A stretch of DNA of 64,000 nt from Chiloscyllium plagiosum. Lineage: Eukaryota. The position numbers and the translations under genes are program-made. The stretch is taken from the NCBI RefSeq assembly GCF_004010195.1, contig NC_057749.1, positions 5,683,339 through 5,747,338 on the forward strand. The letters run 5' to 3'. This document shows, piece by piece, positions 1 through 13,800 of the stretch. The notes under the pieces were generated by a model that saw only the letters and a program-made list of their open reading frames with translations, ran no database searches and had not been told where the DNA came from. Every line of letters starts with the position of its first letter. The first letter of the stretch is position 1.

Positions 1-530
1 GTGTCGGTGGAAGGGTACTGTTGGGGACGTCTGGAGAGGAAAAAACGGAGGGCTTGGAGGCCCTGGTCATGGTGGATGGAGGTGTAGAGGGATTGGATAT
101 CCATGGTGAAGTTGAGGCGTTGGGGGCCGGGGAAACGGAAGTCTTGGAGGAGGTGGAAGGCGTGGGTGGTGTCTCGAAGGCATGTGGGGAGTTCCTGGAC
201 TAGGGGGGATAGGACAGTATCGAGGTAGGTAGAGATGAGTTCATGCTGAGACAATGGTCGGCCAGGGTGGTCAGGCTTGTGGATCTTGGGAAGGAGGTAG
301 AACCGGGCAGTGTGGGGTTCCCAGACTAGGAGGTTGGAAGCTGTGGGTGGGAGATCTCCTGAGGTGATGAGGTTCTGTATGGTCTGGGAGATGATGGTTT
401 GGTGATGGGGGGGGTGGGGTCATGGTCGAGGGGGCAGTAGGAAGAGGTGTCCTTGAGTTGGCGTTTGGCTTCAGCGGTGTAGAGGTCGTGCACCAGACTA
501 GCACTGCGCCCCCTTTATCCGATGGCTTAT
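1..530 (-). mobile_element. Penelope-like element RT fragment (degenerate)
   Basis: Minus strand encodes KPSDKGGAVLVW, matching the KxADKGxxxVV motif of PLE reverse transcriptases; frameshifted. Confidence 0.7.
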
Positions 531-534
531 ACAT

Positions 535-1272
535 TCACAACTATGTGGACAAATAGAGCTCTAACTTCATTTACAAGTTTGTTGATGACACCACTGTAGT
601 GGGTCAGATCTCAAACAACGATGAGAAGGAGATAGACAGCTCAGTGACATGTTGTAAACACAACAATCTGTCCCACAATGTCAGCAAAACAAAGGGGCAG
701 GTCATCGACTTCAGGAAGTGGAGTGAAGGACACACCCTTTGTCTGTATCAGAGTTTATGAGGTGGAGGTGGTTGAGAGCTTCAAGTCCCAAGGGTAAATA
801 TCACCAGCAATCTGTCCTTGTCCATCCATGTCAATGCTATGGTCAAAAAAGGAGCCCAATGCCTCTATGTCCTCAGAAGGCTAAGGAAATTTGCATGTCC
901 ACAATGACTCATACCAATTTTATAGCTGCACCTTACACAGTATCCAATCCAGATGCACCACGGCTTGATACGGCAACTGCTCTGCCCAAGACCAGTTATA
1001 CTCTCTTCCACTGGGCAGAAAATACAGAAGTTTGAAAACACATACCAACAGATTCAAGAGCAGCTTCTTCCCCACTGTTATCAGACTTATGAACAGACCA
1101 CTCATGTATTAAAATTGATCTTTCTCCGCGCCTTCTCTGTAGCTGTAATGCTATATTCTGCATTCTGTTCTATTATCCTGATGGACTTATGTAAGGTATG
1201 ATCTGACTGGTTAGCATGGAATATAATACTTTATCCCGATACATGTGAAAATAATAAATCAAATCAAATCAA
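535..1272 (+). mobile_element. Rex1/Babar-like LINE 3' fragment
   Basis: KFVDDTTVVGQISNNDE and SKTKGQVIDFRK RT motifs; ends in aataaatcaaatcaaatc tail. Confidence 0.7.
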
Positions 1273-1327
1273 CTAATACGTGCTCAAGCAAAATTCTAAT
1301 TAATACCTACCACCTACATACAAATAC

Positions 1328-1489
1328 AAGGAGAAAGTGAGATCTGTAGATGCTGGAGATCAGAGTCGAGAGTGTGTTGCTGAAAAGCAGAGCCTCATTC
1401 CTGATGAAGGACTCCGACCCGAAACGTCGATTCTCCTGCTCCTCGGATGCCGTCTGACATGCTGTGCTTTCCCAGCAACACACTCTCAA
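1328..1489. mobile_element. Short PLE-derived insert with inverted pseudo-LTR halves and hammerhead motif
   Basis: 14-bp TSD ctacat(a/g)caaatac at 1314-1327 and 1490-1503; attc-CTGATGA...GAAACGTC-gatt at 1397-1432. Confidence 0.75.
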
Positions 1490-1658
1490 CTACATGCAAA
1501 TACCAGAGTGCTGAAGTTTATGTTTGATGTTAAGCTTGAATCTAAATGATGGACGAGAACTATTACAAATGCAGAATGCATTAATGAAGAAGGGGCTCTG
1601 TGAAAATCAAAAACAACATTCAGAAATAAGGTCATCTCAAGGCTGGGTTTTTGCTTAC

Positions 1659-1861
1659 CAGATCATATTCCTTCGGAACCTTCAACAGCAAAGTTTTCTC
1701 TCCATTGTTGGTAGATTGAATAATATCTGCGGAACCCCCATTACAGAGATTGATGAATCGGATCAGAGCACCTTTGCTGTCCGTGACCTTAATGCATTTG
1801 CTGGCTTCAAAATTGATGCTGATAGGTCGGTTTGATACTTTTGGACCTTGCCATTCAAAGA
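1659..1861 (-). CDS. DUOX: DUOX exon 17 (VFEWQGPK...[13 protein letters not shown]), 203 nt
   Basis: LLLKxPKEYDL motif (ORF 1632..1961); tttacttag acceptor, gtaagc donor. Confidence 0.95.
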
Positions 1862-4800
1862 CTAAGTAAAAATCAAATGCGTACATAATGTCAGGAACAT
1901 TGATAACCAAAGATCCTCTTAACACTTTGGGTCTCATGTCTTTGACTAAACAAAACAACATTGGAAACGTAGCCCAAGATAGTGAGGGCAGACTTCCTTG
2001 TTGATGAACTTGGGCCCAGTGAATAATGCAGAGCTCAATGAACAGAGGACGAGCACACAGGGAGAAATAAGCTCCATGGAAAAGCCAGAAAATGCTCTGT
2101 CCATTTAAAAGCCTGGGCAGTCAGAAAAGCTTTGCTCAAACTGAGGAACCTCAGAATACCTCTGTATTATCCCACTTTTCTGTGCTGACATGCAGGACCC
2201 TCCCTTACCAAGACCACAACAGTAGAAAAAGATGTCCTGATTTTAACACAGCTGTGCAGAATGATGAGGAACATGTACATTTACAGTGCTGGAGAAACCA
2301 AACAGGTGATCTCCAGGATGTATTGATCCTAATATCGTCAAGTTAGTGGGCACAAATATTTCTTCAGCACTTGAGCTTTGCATCTTTCACAAAGTGGAAA
2401 AAAAAGATATTTATCTTCAATCTTTATTCTTATTGCCAATTTCATATTGAAAAGCAGTTAATAATGTGTTTTTTGGGGAAGTGGCCATACAGATGGAATC
2501 TTGAAATGATTATAATATTAATGAAAATGCTTCCATTAAATGGAGTGAAATTGTTCATTAGTAAATGATAACAAGAAAATACAGTGAGTGATTCCAAGTT
2601 CCAACTCTCTCACTCAAAACATTTTACACTGTAACATTGAAACGGGTAAAGGTGGATAAATCCCCAGGACCTGATCAGGTGTACCTGAGAACACTGTGGG
2701 AAGCTAGAGAAGTGATTGCTGGGCCTCTTGCTGAGATATTTGTATCATTGATAGTCACAGGTGAGGTGCCGGAAGACTGGAGGTTGGCAAATGTGGTGCC
2801 ACTGTTTAAGAAGGGCGGTAAAGACAAGNNNNNNNNNNNNNNNNNNNNNNNNNNNNNNNNNNNNNNNNNNNNNNNNNNNNNNNNNNNNNNNNNNNNNNNN
2901 NNNNNNNNNNNNNNNNNNNNNNNNNNNNNNNNNNNNNNNNNNNNNNNNNNNNNNNNNNNNNNNNNNNNNNNNNNNNNNNNNNNNNNNNNNNNNNNNNNNN
3001 NNNNNNNNNNNNNNNNNNNNNNNNNNNNNNNNNNNNNNNNNNNNNNNNNNNNNNNNNNNNNNNNNNNNNNNNNNNNNNNNNNNNNNNNNNNNNNNNNNNN
3101 NNNNNNNNNNNNNNNNNNNNNNNNNNNNNNNNNNNNNNNNNNNNNNNNNNNNNNNNNNNNNNNNNNNNNNNNNNNNNNNNNNNNNNNNNNNNNNNNNNNN
3201 NNNNNNNNNNNNNNNNNNNNNNNNNNNNNNNNNNNNNNNNNNNNNNNNNNNNNNNNNNNNNNNNNNNNNNNNNNNNNNNNNNNNNNNNNNNNNNNNNNNN
3301 NNNNNNNNNNNNNNNNNNNNNNNNNNNNNNNNNNNNNNNNNNNNNNNNNNNNNNNNNNNNNNNNNNNNNNNNNNNNNNNNNNNNNNNNNNNNNNNNNNNN
3401 NNNNNNNNNNNNNNNNNNNNNNNNNNNNNNNNNNNNNNNNNNNNNNNNNNNNNNNNNNNNNNNNNNNNNNNNNNNNNNNNNNNNNNNNNNNNNNNNNNNN
3501 NNNNNNNNNNNNNNNNNNNNNNNNNNNNNNNNNNNNNNNNNNNNNNNNNNNNNNNNNNNNNNNNNNNNNNNNNNNNNTGAACAGGCTGGGGCTGTTTTCC
3601 CTGGAGCGTCGGAGGCTAAGGGGTGACCTTATAGAGGTTTACACAATTATGAGGGGCACGGATAGGGTAAATAGGCAAAGTCTTTTTCCTGGGGTCGGGG
3701 AGTCCAGAACTAGAGGGCATAGGTTTAAGGTGAGAGGGGAAAGATATAAAAGTGACCTAAGGGCAATGTTTTCACGCAGGTGGTGGTACGTGTAAGGAAT
3801 GAGCTGCCCGAGGAAGTGGTGGAGGCTGGTACAATTGCAACATTTAAGAGGCACTTGGATGGGTATATGAATAGGAAGGGTTTGGAGGGATATGGGCCGG
3901 GTGCTGGCAGGTGGGACTAGATTGGATTGGGATTTCTGGTCGGCATGGACGGGTTGGACAGAAAGGTCTGTTTCCTGCTGTACATCTCTATGACTCTATA
4001 ACATTTAGAACTAATACCTTTGATATTTACTGCTGAATTAGGCGACTTCTTCACGGAAGGCTTTTTTTTCTGTAATTTTTTCTTTTCTTTCTTTCGAATG
4101 CCAGCTACCATGAAAGCCAATAGCAACGCCGCTGTTAATCATAAAATGGAGAAACTTTAATAAATTATATTATAATATAGATCAATGCCAAATGCACAAT
4201 AATGAAGTATTTGAATGTGTTCAAATGGAGGACTTTAATTGGAGAATCACTTGTGCTTCTATATACAGCAGGTTACGAAAAATGTGTTTGGTGAGCTTGA
4301 AGGCACATTTGTAATATGTATGCAGAAAATAAAAGTCGATAACATGTGTAAATACTGGCCCCAGCTCCATCATTCATTATATCATTCACTGCCTAGTTTT
4401 CTGGAGTAGAATAATGAACTGCAAAGTTGTTTCCAAATTAAACATGATCTGATTTGGACAGTTCTGCATCTAGTTAGATTCATTTGTTAGGTATGAACTT
4501 GCAAATTAAGTGATTGTGTAGATTGTACAACAGATGAAATATTTGTAATATTCAAGTGCCATTAAAGTGAATTCCTGGGTCAAAGTCTTGGAATTCCCTC
4601 CTTAACGGCACCAGGTGTCTGACTATAATGCACGGACAGCAGCAGATCTGGAAGGCAACTCACCACCACCTTCTCGAGGATGTTCAGAGATGAGCAGCAC
4701 ATGCTAACCAAACAGCAACACACAGGTCTGACAAGTGCATTTTAAAAAAAGTCTGCAGGAACTAAATGTCAACGAAGGGAAGATCCAAATAAATATGCAC

Positions 4801-7800
4801 AAAAATAGGATTCAGAAATTAAGGATAAAATACAAATTGAGCGTGATGTTTTGAGAATCCAAAAACATTCAAGGTACTGCAGAATCCACAGTGAGCCAAG
4901 ATATAGGTACAAGACTTAGTGAATATATTAGATTCTTGTCTTCCACCTCTGGAAGAGAGCAGTTAAATCCAGCCAGAATAAAGGTAATGAGAGGCATAGA
5001 TAGAGTCAATAGCCAGAGACGTTTCCCCAGCGCAGGATTGACTGGCACAAGGGGGTCATAGTTTAAAGATATCAGGAGAAAGGTAAAGAGGAGATGTCAG
5101 AGGTAGGTTATTTACGCAGAGAGTTGTGAATGCATTGGAATGCGTTGCCAGCTGTGGTGGTGGAAGCAGAGTTATTAAGGAGATTTAAGCGACTGCTGGA
5201 CATGCACATGGACAGCAGTGAATTATGGGGTGTGTAGGTTAGGTTTTTTTTTAACAATAGGATTAATCCTCGGCACAACATCGTGGGATGAAGGGCCTGT
5301 TCTGTGCTGTACTTTTCTATGTTCTAAAGGGATGATAGTCCCCTGTATCTGCTGGCTGTGATTCCCAGTATCAAACTTTGGCATTTTCCTAACCTTATTT
5401 TAGTTCCTATAATGACATGCAGCCACCAAACTAGTGCCATTGATAGTGCCATTTGACACGGCTAAGGAGAACTTGCTTGGGAAGCGGGCTCCTGCCACTC
5501 TAATACAAGAAGGGCTCTTCCAAGACTGGAGCTGGGACACATTGTTGGGATGGAATAATGAACTCCAATAAAAGTAAAATAGTGTGGGTGCTTGAGATCG
5601 GAGGGAGAAACAGAATCAACATCGAATCTGATATGGCTCATCATTGTTACTCTGGAAAACAAAACTATTGGATCCGTAATATTAACTGTTTCTCTCTCCA
5701 CAGATGCTGCCAGACCTTCTGAGCTTCTCCAGCACTTTCTCTTGGCACTGTTGAAAGAACTGCATCTGTGCTCCAGCTGGTTGGAACCACTTGACGCTTA
5801 ACACTGGGTGACTGAAAAGGCAAGTATCCCACTCTCCAGCACTGACATTGCACATCTCGATAAGAAAACTAGATTCTGTTAATAATGGAAGCAATATTCG
5901 GTCAAGGATGATTTACTAATTATAGAATCTATGTATAATTTGGTTTCATCATCACGGATAGGGCTGTGTGTTCTGGAAAATAAGAGAATCAATATCGACT
6001 GGAATAAACAGATTTCAAGTTATATGCAATGATTTGGAGGTGCAGTGTTGGGCTGGGGTGGACAAAATCAGAGCTCACGTGACACCATGTTATAGTCCAA
6101 TAGGCTTATTTAAAATCACGAGTTTGCGGCGCACTGCTCTTTCGTCAGGTGACAAACCCATCGATTTGCAACCCATCTATCACCCCCTGAGAAAAAGAAC
6201 AGGAAATTACATCACCAACACAGGAGATGACATCACCACAGGCAATGGTGATTCCTGTGATCAATCCAAGGAAACCTAAACACATAAACAGAAAGCAGGC
6301 CATAACACCAGTGCTTCACCAGAAGCTCACTGATGATGTTACCTAGTATGGTGACGAAACGTCTGAAAATGAACCTTCCAGCTCAGGGAGCAAACTTACA
6401 TCCAGAACCTCAACCTCAGCTACAAATCTTCTCCAAACTCACTAATGTTTGTTCACTTTAGTATATACGTTAAATTTATGTATTGAATCAAAGAAAGTGA
6501 AGGACATGGTATAAATTGGAGTTTAAGTTTCTGTTCTGATTTTGCTTCAATTAACAATAGCTTACTCTTATACTGCCCTTAACATATTAAAATATCCTAA
6601 GGACAATTACAGGTGCAAACATTAATGAAAACATGACACCAAGTCACAAAAGGATGTGTTATAGCAGGTAACCAAAAGTTCAGTTAAAAAGCGTTTGTGA
6701 GAATTGCCTTACAGGAGGAAAGGGAGGAAAAGAAGCTGATAGGTTTGGGGAAAGAATTCCAGGGCTCTGGGTCTCAGGAGCTGAAACCACAGTCAGCAAC
6801 AGGTTAGTGACTAAAATCCATGATCTACCATGGTGCAGAATCAGAAGTATAGGGATAACTAGAAAATGTTTACAACTAAAGGAGATTGCAGGGATAAGGA
6901 GGAGTTAGATATAGAAGAATTTGAATGCAATGGTGCAAATGCTTGACCAAGGAACTAATGTAGGTCAGCGAGCACAGCAGTGAGGAGGAATGGGACTTGG
7001 TACAAGTGGGACCACGGCCAGTCGAGGTTTGGACAATCTCAGGTAATGGAGGGCAGAAGCCTGAAGACATGCTTATCATGTGTTTGAGCAGTCAGGTCTC
7101 AGGTGAGGGCTTCAGCAGAAGATAAGCTAATCCAAGTCAGAGTTGGACCATGTTACAGAGATGGGAGAACGCAGTCTTAATGAAGGTGTAGAATCTTGAC
7201 TCAGTATCAAATGCAATGCCAAGATTGTGAATAGTCTGGTTTAGCTTCGGATAGTTGTTAGGAAGAACGATGGAGTTAGTGGCTCAGGAACAAAGTTTAT
7301 GCAAGGTCTGAAGACAATGGTTTCAGAATTCCTGGTACATTTTTGAAGGAAATTTCTCTTACTTGGTTCTGAATGTTTACTACATACAATGGACTTAAGT
7401 GGTATTTTAAATTTCTTTCCTTTATATATAAGGATATCATATACAAACCCAGAGGGAAACAGCAAAGTGCCACAACAAGTATCCCAAAGCCTGCTCCACT
7501 GCCATCAAAATAATACGTGGTGCTGACTTTTACACATGGCTCCAGGTCACTCTCTGTCAGCTGCCTTGGTTGTGCACATGGGTCACCTGCAGGAAAGCAA
7601 AATAAAAATCAGTAAAGAGATTGTGATGGAACACTTAAACATTTGGAATCACAGAAAGCATACAATGCAGACGAAGGACATTCAGTCTACAGTTTCTGCT
7701 TCAGCTCTCCAACCTAACATCTTACCGAGTGACATTTTCCCACCTTCTTCCCATAACCCTACACATTCTTCCTCTTCAAATAACCACCCAATTCCCTTTG

Positions 7801-10800
7801 AATGCTGCAAATAAATGCGCCTCTGTATTACCCCCAGACAGAATAGTTTAACCTGCTTTTAGAACATTCATGCCACCAATTACAAGATTCCCTTCTGCAA
7901 ATGTTTCCTTTTAACAACATCAAAAGAATGCTGGACGATGATACTGTGATAATACTGCTCCTTTAACAAGGTTATGCTGTCCTTAGTTTTGTTTTTTTCA
8001 GAGAGACACAGACTCCGAAAAGTCTAAGTTGAAGGGTTTTTGTGCCAGGCAGCATCCGAGGAGCAGGAGAATCGGCGTTTCGGAGCTTATGCCCGAAACG
8101 TCGATTCTCCTGCTCCTCGGATGCTGCCTGGCCTGCTGTGTTTTTCCAGCACCACATTTTTCAAATCTAGTACTCCAGCATCTGCAGTCCTCACTTTCTC
8201 CGGGTTTTTGGGTTTTTGGGCCAGTTTGATTATAGATAACAGATACTGCTTCTGGCAACAGGCTTTCAAGTCTTTGAAAAAGAATACTTGTACAATGAAA
8301 GGGGAGTGGCCAGTTCTCCCAGCTCAGCTTTTCTCTGGTTTAGTTTGGGTTTTAGCAGAAGTGTTTGGAAGCTGCTGGACCCAAAGAAGCAGGTTCCATA
8401 CTGGTACTCTCTCTCTCTGACCTCTCTCCTGTAAGACCCTGTGTTTGATTTTAACTTTTGTGCCAAGGGGTGTTTATGGGGATTGTTGCAAGTATTGGGA
8501 ACAGCATCATTAAGTTGGGATAATCTGTTGGTTTACACATAGATTAAACCAACAGATAGATCTGTATTCTGTTCCCTTTTGTTTCATTCGGTAATCTTGT
8601 AAATAAATTCTGTTTTGCTTAAAACTAAGTGGTTTAACCAGCTGCACCCCTCCTGGAATATCTGTGTTACACCTGCTTTACATAACCAGCAAAGTTAGGA
8701 TCTGGGTCACTTTCTTGAAATGTTTTGAGGGGGGCTGGCCTGGTCCATAACAATACAACAAGTTGGTTGTTGAAACGTCTCAATAGGTGAATCCTGTGTC
8801 ACAGCGGAGCAGTGGTTAGTACTGCTGCCTCACAGCGTCAGAGACCCGGGTTCAATTCCCGCCTCAGGCAACTGTCTCTGTGGAGTTTTCACATTGCGTG
8901 GGTTTCCTCCCACAGTCCAAAAATGTGCAGGTTAGGTGAATTGGCCATGCTGAATTGCCTGTAGTGTTCGGTGAAGGGGAATGGGTCTGGGTGGGTTGCT
9001 CTTCGGCGGGTCGGTGTGGACTTGTTGGGCCAAAGGGCCTGTTTCCACACTGTAAGTAATCTAATCTAATATGCTCAGTCCTGGTTATCCATTGATTCAC
9101 TACCCTGGATCTGTGCAATTGCGAGGTCAGACCAAGATGCCAACTTTTTCTCATTGACACATCCTCATGCGTACAACAAGGATTTGGTGTGACTATTTCT
9201 GGGAGCATTCTAAACCTAAACCCTGCAGTAAATCTGAGATCTGCCTTTCTTTCTGCTTCCAAGACTGCACAGTCCATTTTACCACAAAGGATTAATAGTA
9301 GATTTATAACTGAACAACTTGCTGTCCGTTAGCTTATTGCTGAAGGCCGAGGCAACCATGGTATTACGTTGCTTACCATCTTTCCAGAAGAAAACGTCAT
9401 TCTGAGATGCTGCAATTCCTATCGCGCCCAACACGTCAGCATATGTGGTCTTCTTAATTTCCTGAAGTTCTCCGGCTGTAAACATTCTAGAAGATAATGT
9501 TATGGGGCTTGCCAAACAGCATTCATTTTAATTGCCCGTGACACAATACAACGCTCATGCCTTTCCAGTCCCCTGTTTGAGGCCCTCTTCTCCAGTTGAT
9601 CTGAGCGATTTGTATAGATATGCAATGTTAAGAACTTTTCATGATTACTTCTCATATGTATCTGTACAAACATTCAAACTGTGTTTGTAGATAACAATTA
9701 CAGTTCCTGCAAAAGCTTCTTAACTCAAACACAGTTCCCATACTAGCTCTCCTTTCTGAAAGAAACATTCTTTCATGGGGTGTGTACATCAGTGGCTAGA
9801 CCAACACATCCCCAATTGCCTTTGAGAAGGTGGTGGTGAGACACCATCTCAAACTTCTGCAGTTCATGTTGTGTAGGTGCATCCACAGTGCCCTCTGGAA
9901 GTGAGTTCCAGGATTTTGACCCTGTAACAGTGCAGCTACAACAACATATCGTTGGAGGGGAACTTGCAAGTGGTGTTGTTTCCATGCATCTGTTGCCCTT
10001 GTCCTCCAAGATGGTAGATATGAAGGGTTTAGAAATTGCTGTTGTCCTACTTATAAAGTACTACTCTTTCAAGGTAGAGTAACAGGTATAACAGGAAATA
10101 AATACAATTAAAAGCTGCAGAGAAAATGTCCAATAGTCTTTAGGGAAAGAATTATACAGTCACTTAACATAGGCCCTTGTCAAAATATCATTTCTACATT
10201 TTACAATTAAAGATTTTTACACAGTGATTCTTCTATAACACAATGGTTGTGTCCTTGTGAAACCCCATGTTATAGAAAAATCGCACTTTAGAAACAGCGC
10301 TTAAAGTGCCAACACACATTTTAAAAGTACACGCTGTAGAAACAGAGATAACAGAATGACCCTTATTCCTTAAAGGATTGAATACTTCAGAAGTTTTACA
10401 GGTTAAAAAAGAGAGACTAACAACTCATTTCTATTGGAACAAAAGAATGCCCAAATAATCGCTCCATTTCATTATAAAGCTGTCCATCTCCTGGGCTTCA
10501 CATCTGAAGGACCATCAACAGTTAGCCGAGACTGCTACAGTGAGTTCAAAGTGACACTATGTGGGTCATCAGAAGGTTTTTCAGTACTTCCCAACAGCCC
10601 TCAGACTGATCTTCAAATGGAAAAAAAAAACACGTGACTTTTGCTCACCCATTCTTGGTGTTTTCAAACCAGAATCGATCACCGTCTCGGATGCGTTCAA
10701 ACTGTTCTTTTATAAGCTTGGGAAAGAGTCGGTCAGAGACCCCATTACTTTCCAGAAAGATTCCAACCAGCAACTCCAGTTTAGAAATGTCATTATTGTA

Positions 10801-13800
10801 CATGGCTGCTAACTCGTCAAAGAGCTGGATTATGGGAGAGACAATATACCAATTAGAATCAAGTTCCTACTGTGCAGGACAGAGAACATTCGAGTTTGCA
10901 CCAACCCTCTCCCACTAAAGAGCATTCCACCCACACTCTGCTTTGCCATGGCTAACCCACCGAGCTTGCACATCCCTAGACACTATGGGGTGATTTGACA
11001 CGGCCAATCCATCTAACCTGCACGTCTTTGGACTGTGGGAGGAAACCGGAGCACCCGAAGGAAACCCACGCAGACAAGGGGAGAATGTGGCAAACTCCAC
11101 ACGGAAAGTTGCCCGAGGCTGAAATCAAAAGGCCAATTGGCTGCCAGGTTCTGATGAGACAGAATCCATTATCAAAGTCTGCAATTCGCCGTGACATTCA
11201 CTGGGGTCAACTTTAACAAGCCAATTGGCTTGCGATCCATTAAGTCTTCTCAGTGGTGTAGGCGTGGAGTCAGTCAGCACTGAACAAACCTGCTCCCACA
11301 TTTGGGCTGCAAGTTGGGGAGCTGCGACCATTGACTTCATATTGTTAGTTAAATGATTCCACCTTTGGGGACCTGGGCACTGGTGGTCAGCCACTTCTGT
11401 TTCAGGAACCCAGATGAAGAGACCCAGTTTTCATTGTGCAATGTGAGTGAACGAGTCACCATACTCTTACCAAACCATAAGGCTGCTCTCTCATTAGAAA
11501 GAGATGACTGGTGGTGATTTAACCTGAGGGCCACCATACCTCAGGCGAGGGGAGAGGTTGAGAAGGAGAGCCCTTCGTGGTAACCTCAGGCAGTGATGGG
11601 AATTGAACCCACACTGTTGGCATCACACTGCGTCGCAAACCAACCATCCAGCCCTCTGAGCTAAACTGACCCCATTATCACTGCCGGGGCAGAAAGTGGG
11701 AGTTAGCCAAAACAGGGGTAAATCAAAACATCTGGAGCTCAGTTGGCTGGATAGCTGGTTTGTGATGCAGACTAACACCAACTGCGCAGGTTCGCCTCCC
11801 ACACTGGGCGAGGTCACCAGGAAGGTCGAACATTCTCAACCTCACTCCTTGCCTGAGGTGTTGTGATCATCAGGTTAAACTCACCATCTGGTGCACCTCT
11901 GACAGCACTGCCCTCTGGACTGCGGTGACTTGATCTAAATCCAACTTCAGTTTTGAAAGTTTGTGAAGTATAGGAACAAGGAAGCTCAACAAAATCTTTG
12001 TCAATTACTGTCTTGGCCTTAGGATGGAGCCCATTGTGGGTTCTAAACTATAGTGGTGGGTAGAAAGATTTGCCAGAAGGTACTAGTGATATGAAAATTC
12101 TACTAGTTGGAGAGTAAGGAAACAAGGAGACTTCTCATTAGAGCAGTTTAAACAGTCACTCTAATAGATGTGTTCAAAATTCTGAGCAGTTTTGATGGAG
12201 TAAATTGGGAGAAATTATTTCCATAGTTTGGTCTGTTGGAAACAAGATACAAAATTGACATTAAAGAACCAGACGGGAGATAGAAGTATTTCATACCGTG
12301 GGTGGTGATGATTGGAAATATGCTGTCTAAAAAGGCAGTGGAGGCAGTTTCAATACCAGAAGACAAGTTGCTGCTTCCTTGAAAACGAACAAAATAAATG
12401 TGGGGCTAGGGTAAAAGAGAAAGGGAATGCAACTAATTTGTTAGCTCTTTCAAAGGGCTGACAGAGGCAGGATTGTTTGATTGGCCATCCCTGACGAAAC
12501 AATTCAAGATAGTGGACGGATGGCAAGGAAAGATGTTTTGAGGTCATCGTAATGATTGACTTGGCCCATACTTTTCAAATTGATCTTTTAATGCCAGGAT
12601 ATTGTTAACAATTGGCAGGTTGAAAGATAGTTACAGCATTCTTATTTTCTCACTGCCTAACTTGTGGCAACATCTTGTTTCATTCCTCTTTTCAAAGCAG
12701 CAACTAGCAGTTGCCAAACCTGTGGCTTCTCACTGTGGAGTCGAGGGTTGATACTTGACCAGTTAGCAACTGGCTGAAGATCAAATATTCTTCGTGCTTG
12801 ATTGTAACTTGGAAGGCCGCTGTCTCTCCCCCGTTGGATATCAAGAGCCACCAAGTCTGATCTTGTGAACCTCAGTGGCCCATACATGAAGTCTGCAAAA
12901 TATAAAGGCTATAGTCAAGGGAATGGTATGCTATTTCAACCAGCCAATTGACAGTTGTAGAACAGCAGGAGTTAATGTTGTTCCTATACTAGTATCTTAC
13001 AGCATCAAAAAATAGGAAGGATAAATATTAGACTTCATCAGATGTCTATTAGGAGTAAGAGCTGGAAATGTGTTGCTTGTAAAGCGCAGCAGGTCAGGCA
13101 GCATCCAGGGAACAGGAGAATCGACGTTTCGGGCATAAGCCCTTCTTCAGGAATGAGGAAAGTTTGTCCAGCAGGCTAAGATAAAAGGTAGGGAGGAGGG
13201 ACTTGGGGGAGGGGCGTCGGAAATGTGATAGGTGGAAAGAGGTCAAGGTGAGGGTGATAGGTCAGTCTGGGGTGGGGGCGGAGAGGTCGGGAAGAAGATC
13301 TCAGGTTAGAAAGGCGGTGCTGAATTTGATGGATTTGACTGAGACAGGGTGGGGGGAGGGGAAATGAGGAAACTGGTGAAACTATTAGGAGTAAGAGGTT
13401 GGCTAGGAAAAGGGTAAGTGCACTCTTGGACAAAAAAAAGCAATTTATGTGTACAGCCAGAGGAAATGAGTGAGGTCCTTAATGAGTACTTTACACCGAT
13501 ATTCACCAAGGAGAAGGACATGGATGATAGTAAATTTAGGGAGGAGTAATTGACATTCTAGGGCATGTCAATATTAATAAGGCGGTGGAATTGGGCATCT
13601 TGAAAAACATTAAGGTAGATAAATCCTCAAGGCCTGATGGAATCTATCCCAAGAGACCGAGTAAAACAAGGGAAGAGATGGCTGGGGCTTTGGGCCAGAT
13701 CTTTGCATTCTTTTTATCCATAGACAAAGTCCGAGGAGACATGTAAAAAGCCAAAGTTGTTCCTTCGATTGGAGGGCAGCGGACATAATCCAGAAAATTA

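Noticed and set aside
2637..3795. 329-aa and 344-aa ORFs
   Set aside because: Artefacts of translating through 749 N; the flanks are CR1 ORF2
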